Below, in pieces: positions 25,531 to 34,490 of a stretch of 64,000 nucleotides of DNA. The notes under the pieces are model-generated. The model was not told the DNA's origin, made no database searches, and worked only from the letters and a program-made list of their open reading frames with translations. The stretch is from a virus. The stretch's first letter is position 1. Each line of letters begins with the position of its first letter. The stretch lies in the IMG/VR virus record IMGVR_UViG_3300045012_000066, positions 58,464 to 122,463 of that record; one strand, given 5' to 3'. The position numbers were made by a program, and so were the translations under genes.

Positions 25531-27630
25531 ATGCCGGTCATTCTCGAAAGCGCGGGATACGTAAATTCGGCCAGTGATCGGACGTACTGGGCTGCGCCGA
25601 AATTCGAATCGCATCCCAGTGCCATCTTCGGTTGGGTCGAGGAGCAGATTCAGGAAGGTGAAGGCTTTCTGGAGGGCCAGCAATGCTATCGGGAATGGGC
25701 CTCCAACCTGCGCGTGTTTAATGCGATCTTCCGCGACACCACCAAATCGAAGCTGGTCACCAACGAGCTTAAGTACGACATCCGCAAGTTCTGCGAGACG
25801 CTGGCGCAGGTAAGAGAGATTGCCGGGTATGCCTCCGACTTCCCCGGATTTAAAAAGATGGCCGACATGCTGTCGAAAGTCTCCAAGGCCGTCTATCACG
25901 AATCCGATTTCCCTTTTCAAATCCTGAAGGTTCTCCAGTACGCCAGCGTGATGGGCATCGGTTACCTGTGGCCCAAGGTGCGAGCCGACGAGTACGGCTA
26001 CGGCGAAAGGAAGATGGAGTTCGACGCGCTGGGACTGCTGGATGTGGTCCCGGTGCAGATACCGCCACGCACCAACAACGTGCAGGACGCGTACGCGATC
26101 ACTCTGTACGACTACATGCCCATCGCGGAGGCGTGTACAAGGTATCCACTGTTTCAGGGTGACATTCAAACGGTCGGCCCGCGCAACTTCAGTACGCGCT
26201 TGCAGGCCCGTCGCCTCGACTTTGCGGAGCGCACCCGCTACGGTCAGCAGGGCAGGAGCTTCGGCGATCTCTACGCGGAAATCCGCTGGACTTTCATTCG
26301 CGACACCCGCATCAACACCACCGGCTACGAGCTTCCCATGGGGGATTTGGGAACGACGTGGTTCTACAAGGTGCCCTTCGTCGGCCAGCAGATTCTCGGC
26401 GGCGTCTTCAATGGGCAGCCCTACATGCGTTCTGCCACTCCGGAAGACTGCCGCGTCTATCCCAACCTGCGGCTGATCATCACTTCGTCCGGCATGAACA
26501 AGCCGATGTACGACGGCCCCGGATTCGACTGGGATTCGAAGATGCCGGTCATTCAGTACACCGTGGACGACTGGGCATGGGAGCCGCTGGGCCGCTCGCT
26601 GGTGGGTGACGTTTCTACGATTGAAGTCACCACGCGCAAGATCGAGCGCAAGATGGACGCGGTCATCACCGTCACGCTCAATCCGCCGCTGGGCTACAAC
26701 AATACGGAAACCGGTGGTCCCAAGATCGAGCACTTTGACATCTTTGAAGAGGATGTTCGTCTGGGCGTGGATGGCAAGCCGCGTGAGACGTTGCAGTCGG
26801 TGCTACCCGACAGTGTGCGCGTCGAGGGCGAACATTTTAATTTCCTGAAGTACCTGAAGGAAGCCAAGCAGAGCCAGCTTGGCCTGACCGATCTCGGCAA
26901 CCTTCAGAATATGAAGATGAATCTCGCCAACGACACCGCAGATAAGATGCTGGAGTCGATTGGACCCATTGCCAAAGGTATCGCGGCCCGCATCGAGCGC
27001 GGCAACAAGGCGGTTGGCCAGCGGATGAAATTCCTGATCCTTCAGTGGTTCGACGTACGCAGGATCATGGAGTACGTAGGTCCGGAAAACATCGCCCCGG
27101 AAACCTTTGACTACAATCCGGACGATCTTGTTCCCAGCCACATGCCCAACGAAATGATATCCGGCAACTTCCCCAGCGGCGCGTCGCAGTACACGCAGCT
27201 TGATCGAGCGCGGTGGTTTGCCCGGAATATTCGTCTCATCTCCGTACCCAGCACATTGCTGAAGATTACCCAGATGCAGCGTCAGTTGATGATGCTGCAA
27301 CTGAAGCGCGGTGGTGCGCCGCTCTCATGGCTCACGGTGTTCCAGAATATGGACATCGCGAATCCGGAACGGGAGATCGAGAACAGCTTCAAGGAAGATG
27401 CCAAGCTGCAAGAGATGAAGATCATGGAACAAATCTCCATCATGGCGAAGCTGAAGGAGATGGGCGTCGATCCTCAGGCGTTGATGGGCGGTGGCGAAGG
27501 CGGCGGTGGCGGAGCAGCTAAAGGACAAGGCAAGGGCGGCGGTAGACCATCGAGTGCGCAGAGAGCGCCGCGACTGGGAACCAAAGGTGCTGCCGGTGGT
27601 CAGCCACGCACCGTAGTGAAAGAGTCGTAA
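25531..27630 (+). CDS. Portal protein
   Basis: 699 aa directly after TerL; helical C-terminal extension typical of podoviral portals; assigned by position and size. Confidence 0.7.
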   Translation: MPVILESAGYVNSASDRTYWAAPKFESHPSAIFGWVEEQIQEGEGFLEGQQCYREWASNLRVFNAIFRDTTKSKLVTNELKYDIRKFCETLAQVREIAGYASDFPGFKKMADMLSKVSKAVYHESDFPFQILKVLQYASVMGIGYLWPKVRADEYGYGERKMEFDALGLLDVVPVQIPPRTNNVQDAYAITLYDYMPIAEACTRYPLFQGDIQTVGPRNFSTRLQARRLDFAERTRYGQQGRSFGDLYAEIRWTFIRDTRINTTGYELPMGDLGTTWFYKVPFVGQQILGGVFNGQPYMRSATPEDCRVYPNLRLIITSSGMNKPMYDGPGFDWDSKMPVIQYTVDDWAWEPLGRSLVGDVSTIEVTTRKIERKMDAVITVTLNPPLGYNNTETGGPKIEHFDIFEEDVRLGVDGKPRETLQSVLPDSVRVEGEHFNFLKYLKEAKQSQLGLTDLGNLQNMKMNLANDTADKMLESIGPIAKGIAARIERGNKAVGQRMKFLILQWFDVRRIMEYVGPENIAPETFDYNPDDLVPSHMPNEMISGNFPSGASQYTQLDRARWFARNIRLISVPSTLLKITQMQRQLMMLQLKRGGAPLSWLTVFQNMDIANPEREIENSFKEDAKLQEMKIMEQISIMAKLKEMGVDPQALMGGGEGGGGGAAKGQGKGGGRPSSAQRAPRLGTKGAAGGQPRTVVKES

Positions 27631-27648
27631 GATTAAACTTCCGGGAGA

Positions 27649-27933
27649 ATGGTCATGGCAATAAAGCTCCAGACGCAGAACGATTACCTGCTTACCGAAG
27701 TAGTTATCGATATACCTCCTGACCGAACGGAGCAAAATAAGCTGCTGAGCGAGATCGATGCCCTGATGAGGGCGTCGCGTGGCACAGGTAAAGTGGTTGC
27801 ACAGTACTCCAGCGGCGGGTTAAACGGAATTAATGTGGAGCAGCGATCAAAAATTCGCGGTGCAGTCGCAGATAGAGTGCGCGACCTCGTTGGTATCGAG
27901 AGCGTAGAAATAAATAATGGCTACCATAAGTAA
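27649..27933 (+). CDS. Hypothetical protein
   Basis: CCGGGAG SD, 94 aa. Confidence 0.6.
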   Translation: MVMAIKLQTQNDYLLTEVVIDIPPDRTEQNKLLSEIDALMRASRGTGKVVAQYSSGGLNGINVEQRSKIRGAVADRVRDLVGIESVEINNGYHK

Positions 27934-28021
27934 GCTGCTGCGCCTAACTGCGCCTGATCTGCGCCTATCTTCCATACCTTTGAGTTAAGCTCGCAAGTAT
28001 TGCAGATTCTGCAAAATAAAA

Positions 28022-28142
28022 TCTTGACGACAGGGAATAGTTAGGCTTAGGTTTTTATGAAGATAAGTTGAGACGCAGACTCCTCAGTAGGTACTGGGAT
28101 AGGTCATGGCTCTGGCGGAAACGCTAGGGCCATTTTCATTTG
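28022..28142 (+). promoter_or_regulatory. Late leader module B
   Basis: TTGACG 28024 + 18 nt + TAGGTT; GACGCAGAC 28072; ATGGCTCTGGCG-GAAA-CGCTAGGGCCAT 28106-28133 followed by TTTCATTTG. Confidence 0.65.
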
Positions 28143-28172
28143 ACCTAGCCCCAACCGAAAAAGGAGACTACC

Positions 28173-28277
28173 ATGGCCGGTCGTCGTCGTCACACCGCTG
28201 CTGTAACCCACATCAGGAAAGTCACCCGCAAGCGCCGCACCCGTCGTAGCGGCAAGCGGTCAGCCATCAAGGCGTAG
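28173..28277 (+). CDS. Protamine-like basic peptide (34 aa)
   Basis: Manual: AAGGAG SD, MAGRRRHTAAVTHIRKVTRKRRTRRSGKRSAIKA (14 R/K). Confidence 0.65.
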   Translation: MAGRRRHTAAVTHIRKVTRKRRTRRSGKRSAIKA

Positions 28278-28304
28278 TTGTAGCCCACCGTTCGAGGTCA
28301 ATCG

Positions 28305-28625
28305 ATGGCTACAGCACCGCCAATGCCGGATCAAGGAGCACAGGGAGCGCCGCCACCCCCGCAGGGTGGTGGTGCCCCTCCTCCTCCTCCCGACCAGAAC
28401 GGGCAACAGCCCGGTCAGGGAGATCAGCCGCAGTCTTCGTTTCAAGCTCCCGCAAATCCTATCCAGATACTCCTCGCGAAATGGTCCAAGGTGGCCGAGC
28501 AAATGGCCGCTGCCGATCCTCGTCTCGCGGCGGGTGCGCAGAAGGTGCGCGAGGGCATTCGCGACATGCAGCAGGCCATGATCACGCCACAGCAACCGAC
28601 GCCGCTGGGGCAGCAGCCTCAGTAA
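28305..28625 (+). CDS. Pro/Gln-rich head-region protein
   Basis: GAGG SD; 106 aa. Confidence 0.65.
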   Translation: MATAPPMPDQGAQGAPPPPQGGGAPPPPPDQNGQQPGQGDQPQSSFQAPANPIQILLAKWSKVAEQMAAADPRLAAGAQKVREGIRDMQQAMITPQQPTPLGQQPQ

Positions 28626-28664
28626 TCAATCAACCGCCTGTTTATTTCCGGGAGAAATAAAAAT

Positions 28665-29618
28665 ATGCCAACCGTTGAAGAGGTTTTGAGACAAAGCGGA
28701 TTTACGGATCAGCAGATCAGCGAGATGGATGCGCGAGCGATCACTGCCTTTACCGGCGTGCTCGGCCAAGCAGAGAAAGAACGGCAGGAAGCCAAGGCTG
28801 CGCAGGACGCAGCCGAACTCGCACAGCGTAGCAACGTCGATTTTTACGAAAACCGCATCGCGCCCAGCCTGACAGCGTGGGAAGAAGAGAAGCAGCGGCT
28901 CGAAAACGACCGCGCCAAGGCGAATGCGGAAGCGGCCTTCTATCGCGTGCAGGCCGAAGAGGCCAAGAAAACCGGCTTTATCCCTGCCGAAGCTCCCGGA
29001 TTCGATCCCGCCAAGTTCGCTCCTCCCGCAAATGGTCAGGTCCGCGATCCGAATAACGGTCGCTACGTGGCTGGCGTACCCGGTGCGACCCCCGGTTCCC
29101 CAACTTTCAATGTGAATGAGTTTGCTGCTAAAGCAGGTGATGCCATGGGCATCATCGCGGATATCAACTGGAACTACCAAACATTGTTCGGCAAGCCGCT
29201 CCCCGTTTCCCCAACGGAATTAATTAAAAAGGCCGATGAACAAAAGCTCGATCCCATGACGTACGCGTCCCGGATATTTAATTTCGACGCCCGCCGACAG
29301 GAGCTTCAGAAGCAGGAGCAGGAAGCCCGCGACCAGAAGCTTCGCGAGGAAGCGATAGCCCCATACGAGCAAAAGCTCAAAGAAAAGGACGAGGAGTCCA
29401 AGAAGGCTTTGGCTAACAAGGATCGCGAGTGGGCGGAGCGCACCGGCAACAACCCCGATATACGCAGGCCGCAGGACAACGCCCAGATGTCATCCATTGC
29501 CAAGGCGGCGAAAACCGACCCCGCGAATTTCGACCCCTTGTTATTGAACGATCAGCAGCGCAGGTCGCTGACCGCGCAGATGATCCGCAAGGACATGGAA
29601 GCCAATACAGCCGCGTGA
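28665..29618 (+). CDS. Capsid scaffolding protein (putative)
   Basis: Charged coiled-coil protein directly upstream of the capsid gene. Confidence 0.65.
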   Translation: MPTVEEVLRQSGFTDQQISEMDARAITAFTGVLGQAEKERQEAKAAQDAAELAQRSNVDFYENRIAPSLTAWEEEKQRLENDRAKANAEAAFYRVQAEEAKKTGFIPAEAPGFDPAKFAPPANGQVRDPNNGRYVAGVPGATPGSPTFNVNEFAAKAGDAMGIIADINWNYQTLFGKPLPVSPTELIKKADEQKLDPMTYASRIFNFDARRQELQKQEQEARDQKLREEAIAPYEQKLKEKDEESKKALANKDREWAERTGNNPDIRRPQDNAQMSSIAKAAKTDPANFDPLLLNDQQRRSLTAQMIRKDMEANTAA

Positions 29619-29667
29619 CCTGCGGCGGACGAAGTTTTGAAGTTACCGACGATAGGAGATATCAGCC

Positions 29668-30909
29668 ATGCCGACCGATCCGCTTTACAACGAGATAGAC
29701 GCCAGTAACTTAGAGTCTGTCCGGCGCAATGTGGTATTCAACAACCTATTCGTCGGCACCCCCTTTCAGGCGAAGCTGCGACGCGCTGGCGTATGGGATG
29801 AGTTCCTTGGCGGCGCGGGCATGATGGAAGGCATCCTGTACGGTCGCACCCAAGGCGCGGCTGTCAATCCCGGCCAGACCATCACGGTCACCCGCCAGCA
29901 GATCAACACCGGAATTAAATTCCTGCCGAAGGCGTATGCCACGTGGTATCCGCTCGACGACTGGGAGATGGATGACGGCTCGGGCACGGGCGGAGTGATC
30001 AACTCCGGCCCATCGTTGATCGTTGACTCGTACCAGCTATACATGGAGAACCTTGTCCTGACCATGAACACCATGCAGGAAATGGACTCCTTCCGGCACG
30101 GTCAGGCGTCATCGGCATTCATCACCGATAACCGGACCAAGACCATCAACGGTCTGGACGAGGCGCTGAATAACGGGATCGATCCGTCCGTCTATGGCAA
30201 CGTCTACAAGTCCTACGGCGGACAGCAGCGCAACGGCAACGTCGGCGTCGCGCTGAACTCGACACCCATCTACTGCGGCACTCCGACCGGAGGCACCGGC
30301 CAGATCGACTTCGCAGTGCTGATGCAACTGTGGTCGCAGTGCAAGGTGACAGGCGGCTCTCCTTCTCTGGGTATCACGAATGTGTTCGGCTTTAAGGCTG
30401 TCGCTATCGCACTCGATGCGCAGCGCCGCGATATTTCGAACACGCGTCACGATATCAAGTGGGATGGGCTGAACTTTAACGGTGTGGATATCTACGCCGA
30501 TCCTCTGGCTCCTTCGGCGCAGGCACAGAACTACATCGCGCTTGGGTCGGCGGTCGGAGGTGGACAGGGTAACGCCAGTCTGGTGGATGGTGTTGGATCG
30601 AGCACCACGACCGTCGCTTTCACCACGCCGCAGTTCGTCAACCCGACGACTGGCGCACCGATGCCGGTATCGCCGACAGGATCGGGGTTGCCGTCCAATC
30701 AAGCCATTTCACCGGGTGAGGTTCTCTACTTCTTGGAGCCGGAGTCGTTCAAGATCAGGCCGACTAATAAGAAGGGCTGGAACTTCGGACTGCGCCGTGC
30801 GCCGATGCCGAACAACGTAAGCATCGATGCCTTGTTTATGAGGCTGGGTATCAACCTCTATAACACGCAGCCGCGCCACAATTGCTACGCATTTAGCTTC
30901 TCCGCATAA
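29668..30909 (+). CDS. Major capsid protein (putative)
   Basis: 413 aa after portal and scaffold; AGGAG SD; size and position consistent with an HK97-fold capsid. Confidence 0.75.
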   Translation: MPTDPLYNEIDASNLESVRRNVVFNNLFVGTPFQAKLRRAGVWDEFLGGAGMMEGILYGRTQGAAVNPGQTITVTRQQINTGIKFLPKAYATWYPLDDWEMDDGSGTGGVINSGPSLIVDSYQLYMENLVLTMNTMQEMDSFRHGQASSAFITDNRTKTINGLDEALNNGIDPSVYGNVYKSYGGQQRNGNVGVALNSTPIYCGTPTGGTGQIDFAVLMQLWSQCKVTGGSPSLGITNVFGFKAVAIALDAQRRDISNTRHDIKWDGLNFNGVDIYADPLAPSAQAQNYIALGSAVGGGQGNASLVDGVGSSTTTVAFTTPQFVNPTTGAPMPVSPTGSGLPSNQAISPGEVLYFLEPESFKIRPTNKKGWNFGLRRAPMPNNVSIDALFMRLGINLYNTQPRHNCYAFSFSA

Positions 30910-30939
30910 CGCAGGTAAGAGGGTTCTTAGAAGGAAACG

Positions 30940-31779
30940 ATGCCGCAGCAGCAGATCATCCCGACATGGTTGGCGTGGAACAACGCTAACTTTGCCACCG
31001 AGTCCGGCATTCAGGACTTTCGTACAGGGCAGAACTTTCCTGCCGGTGGACTAGGTCTGGGCGACTACTTCGATGCGACGGAAAAGGAAGCCAATACCGC
31101 ATCCTTCCTCCAGAACGGTCTCCTTCACTCGGGTCGATACCGCCTCGTGCAGGTGGATTCAGGTGCCACGGTTGCCAATGTCAAGACGGGCACAGTCGGC
31201 TTTATACGCCCCGGCCAGTTTTTGCAGGCGATAGCGATTGCCGTTCCCGGCACGGGCGGGACTCCCGGTACTTACAACATCCTAGCGACACCGGGCAGCG
31301 GCGCTGGCGTCGGCGCGGCGATTCAAGTGGTGGTCGGGCCGACAGGCGGCATTCAGTCAGCAAGCGTGCTTAAGGGCGGATTTAATTATGTATACGCCGC
31401 TCCCACATTCGACCTGACCGTCACTGGTGTTACTGGCGCGGTGCTGTTATCGCGCCTGAATTCCTCGCCCAATATCGTGACGAGTTCAGACGCCGGACTT
31501 GTGCCACGTCCGGTCGTGTTTCTGAATGCAATCACGCCGGGGAACTTCGGCTTCGTGCAAGAACTAGGTCAGGCCACTGTGTTATGCGGCCCGACTGCTG
31601 GCTCCGGTACTCAGGGTCAGGGTGACTGGGTGAACGTCACCATCGCCAGCGGAACCGTAACGTCCACGCCCCTAACCGGGTCGCCGCTTGGGCTGACTGT
31701 CGGGAAAGCGTTGGAGCCGGTTTGGGCCAACACGATGTTGAAAATCTATATGACCAATATTCCGGTGGTTCAGGACTAA
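30940..31779 (+). CDS. Capsid decoration/cement-like protein, paralog 1
   Basis: Follows MCP; PVVFLNAITPGNFGFVQELG; similar along its full length to the next gene. Confidence 0.6.
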   Translation: MPQQQIIPTWLAWNNANFATESGIQDFRTGQNFPAGGLGLGDYFDATEKEANTASFLQNGLLHSGRYRLVQVDSGATVANVKTGTVGFIRPGQFLQAIAIAVPGTGGTPGTYNILATPGSGAGVGAAIQVVVGPTGGIQSASVLKGGFNYVYAAPTFDLTVTGVTGAVLLSRLNSSPNIVTSSDAGLVPRPVVFLNAITPGNFGFVQELGQATVLCGPTAGSGTQGQGDWVNVTIASGTVTSTPLTGSPLGLTVGKALEPVWANTMLKIYMTNIPVVQD

Positions 31780-31789
31780 GGAGCAAGTT

Positions 31790-32617
31790 ATGCCACAGCA
31801 ACAAATCATCCCGACTTGGTTAGCTTGGAATAATGCTAACTTCGCGACTGAGTCCGGTCTTCAGGATTTAAGAACAGGTGCAAACTTTCCCGCTGGCGGT
31901 TTGGGTCTCGGCGATTACTTTGACGCAACGGAGAAGGAAGCGAACGCTGCATCCTTTGCCGCAAATGGCTTACTCCATGCGGGCCGGTATCGTCTGGTGC
32001 AGGTGGATTCCGGAGCGACGGTCGCCAACGTCAAAACTGGCACGGTTGGCTACGCACGCGTTGGCTCGTTCGTACAGGGCGTACTTGTCTCTGCTCCCGG
32101 TACAGGTGGAACTCCGGGCACGTATAACATCCCAGCTACACCGGGAAGCGGTGGCGGCAGCGGCGCGGTACTTACGGTCGTCGTCGGATCGACCGGCGTG
32201 ATCCAGTCTGCCAGCGTGGCTCAGGGTGGATTTAATTATGTCTCTGCGCCTACTTTCCCGCTGACTGTCACAGGTGTGACCGGCGCTACGCTATCCGCGC
32301 AATTGAATTCTTCAGCCAATCTTGTAACCAGTCAAGACAAGGGTGTTTCAGCGCGTCCCGTGGTCTTCCTGAATGCGATTACGCCGGGGAATTTTGGCTT
32401 CGTGCAGGAGTTGGGTCTGGCCACTGTGCTGGCTGGTGCGTCTGCTGGCACTGCCGGTGTCGGCGACTGGGTGAATGTCGGCGCAGGCGGAACGGTAACG
32501 ACAACTGCGGCGACCGGGTCGGCGATTGGAGCGACTATCGGAAGCGCGGTCGATGTGGCGGTTGCGAACTCGCTGTTCAAAGCCTACCTGTCTGAGGTTC
32601 CGGTAGTTCAAGACTAA
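31790..32617 (+). CDS. Capsid decoration/cement-like protein, paralog 2
   Basis: Same N-terminus MPQQQIIPTWLAWNNANFATESG and C-terminus PVVQD. Confidence 0.6.
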   Translation: MPQQQIIPTWLAWNNANFATESGLQDLRTGANFPAGGLGLGDYFDATEKEANAASFAANGLLHAGRYRLVQVDSGATVANVKTGTVGYARVGSFVQGVLVSAPGTGGTPGTYNIPATPGSGGGSGAVLTVVVGSTGVIQSASVAQGGFNYVSAPTFPLTVTGVTGATLSAQLNSSANLVTSQDKGVSARPVVFLNAITPGNFGFVQELGLATVLAGASAGTAGVGDWVNVGAGGTVTTTAATGSAIGATIGSAVDVAVANSLFKAYLSEVPVVQD

Positions 32618-32629
32618 GGAGCGGAAACG

Positions 32630-32971
32630 ATGCAACTCACATTGCTCAAAGGCTATCCCGATTTTGTCGGCAAACGAGCTACGTTTGTTGGCTGGGGAAA
32701 CGGACCCGCTTCGTATAACCAGACAACCGGCGATGTAATCAGCCTGCCGCAACGAAACTACTACATCGATGCGGTTGCAGGCGGGGTCAACAGCATAAAC
32801 CTGACCACGGGTGTGATGGGCGGCTTCTATGTCAGGGCGCAGTCCTCCGGGGTGGGGCCGCGAATGACGTGGGCGCTGTTCTGGTTCACGCCAGCGGGGT
32901 TGCCGGTCGGGAACGGCGTCAACCTCTCAGGCGAGCAGGTACAGATCGGCGGGAATTGCGGCCAGTACTGA
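32630..32971 (+). CDS. Virion structural protein (putative)
   Basis: AAGGAG SD, beta-rich 113 aa, head operon. Confidence 0.6.
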   Translation: MQLTLLKGYPDFVGKRATFVGWGNGPASYNQTTGDVISLPQRNYYIDAVAGGVNSINLTTGVMGGFYVRAQSSGVGPRMTWALFWFTPAGLPVGNGVNLSGEQVQIGGNCGQY

Positions 32972-33005
32972 GGCGCAACACGAAGTCTCGACCCCTCCCG
33001 GAAGA

Positions 33006-33052
33006 GACACAGGCAAACGCCCTTGCGGGGGAGCATCTTCGCAAGGGCGTTT
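33006..33052 (+). terminator. GACRC box plus 13-bp hairpin (weak member of the leader family)
   Basis: GACACAGGC 33006; AAACGCCCTTGCG/CGCAAGGGCGTTT 33015-33052; weak U tract. Confidence 0.4.
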
Positions 33053-33079
33053 GAGTTATAGGGGCAAAGGAGAAACGTC

Positions 33080-33196
33080 ATGGCGAAGCGGAAGAAGGTA
33101 TCGGTCCAGTGCGATAGCGATATGGGGCAGGGTGAAGAAGCTCCGGTGAAAAAGACCACGCGGAAGAAGACACGCAAGCGGGTGTCGAAGAAATAA
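33080..33196 (+). CDS. Small basic peptide (38 aa)
   Basis: Manual: AAGGAG SD, MAKRKKVSVQCDSDMGQGEEAPVKKTTRKKTRKRVSKK. Confidence 0.6.
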   Translation: MAKRKKVSVQCDSDMGQGEEAPVKKTTRKKTRKRVSKK

Positions 33197-33205
33197 AGGA
33201 GCGCA

Positions 33206-34444
33206 ATGTCTCTGGGGTCCATGCGGCAAGAGTTACTCGGCATACCGGGTTCGAACTTCGGTCTTGTGACCACTCGAATCAATGAGGCTCTTGCTGCGAT
33301 TCAAAATGAGAACGTGTTCTCCTTTCAGCTTCAGGTCAACGGGTGGCTTACTCCCGGCCTGTTGGGCGGGCCGACGACTACCTTTCTCAGCCCCGGCCTG
33401 ATCACGATCAAACCGTATACCAACACGGTTACTGGCGATCCGGTAGCCTCGCAGATTTGGCAGGCCACCATTTTTAATCCGCCCTTATTGACCCAGCAGC
33501 AAATTCGCGTGCCTTACTACTCGCTGTACAACATCATCGCGCTGGGAAATAACGGCACCGTTTCTTATGCGAACATCATCAGCCCCGGCTCCGGGCAGAC
33601 GCCGGGAACTTATGCGGTCCCGGTGATCGACGGTGCAGGAGTGGGCGGCGGCGGCATGGTTTCGATCACCGTAGGGTCGGACGGGACGGTAAGCATTCCT
33701 CCGGTGGTGCTGGCTGCGGGAAGCGCGTACATCATGCCGATCATCGACTTTTCCCAAGGCGGAAATCCAGCAGCCTTCAATGTCGGCTTGCAGGCAGTGC
33801 TGACGCTGGATCGGCCATGGACGGACCCGAATCAGTTAAACGCGGGCTACCTGATCTATCAGGCTTACTTTCCCGCGCCGCCCGGATTTAAACGTTGGTA
33901 CTACATTCTCGACACCACGAATAACAACTGGTTGGACTGGTGGTCGTACACACAGGTCAATCTCTCGGAGAAGGATGCGCAGCGAGTTAATTTTCTACAG
34001 CCCACCAATGTGGTTCCGTATGGCATGGATACGCGGCAGGGAAGCGCAACTCTCGGGCAAATGCTGTACGAGTTATGGCCACATCCGATTATGCAGTTAC
34101 CGTACACCTTCGGTTGTCAGACGAACTGGCCCGCGCTCCAAGCTCCGGGCGACACGGTCCCGTTCCCGCTGACCGACGAACTGGTCAAGATGCGTGCTTA
34201 CGAAATGATGTACCTCTGGAAGGAATCCCAGAAGGGCGATGAGATGGAGCGCGGATCGGGAGCCAACTGGCAATTTCTGGTGCAGGCCATGCGAGCGGAA
34301 TACACAGATCGGCTCAAGAGAATTCGCATCATGGATCGCCATCTGGTCGATCTCTACTTTACGAAGATGCGCAGAATGCCAATGAGTCAGCAGGTGTGGG
34401 GCACGGTGACAGGTCAAGCCAACGTAGGCGGCTGGAACAGCTAA
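33206..34444 (+). CDS. Head-tail adaptor-like protein with inserted beta module
   Basis: Position; helical termini; internal PGSGQTPGTY module. Confidence 0.5.
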   Translation: MSLGSMRQELLGIPGSNFGLVTTRINEALAAIQNENVFSFQLQVNGWLTPGLLGGPTTTFLSPGLITIKPYTNTVTGDPVASQIWQATIFNPPLLTQQQIRVPYYSLYNIIALGNNGTVSYANIISPGSGQTPGTYAVPVIDGAGVGGGGMVSITVGSDGTVSIPPVVLAAGSAYIMPIIDFSQGGNPAAFNVGLQAVLTLDRPWTDPNQLNAGYLIYQAYFPAPPGFKRWYYILDTTNNNWLDWWSYTQVNLSEKDAQRVNFLQPTNVVPYGMDTRQGSATLGQMLYELWPHPIMQLPYTFGCQTNWPALQAPGDTVPFPLTDELVKMRAYEMMYLWKESQKGDEMERGSGANWQFLVQAMRAEYTDRLKRIRIMDRHLVDLYFTKMRRMPMSQQVWGTVTGQANVGGWNS

Positions 34445-34490
34445 GGGATCACATGAAAACCTCTTTAGGTGAGAAGAACGGAGAAGCGGC

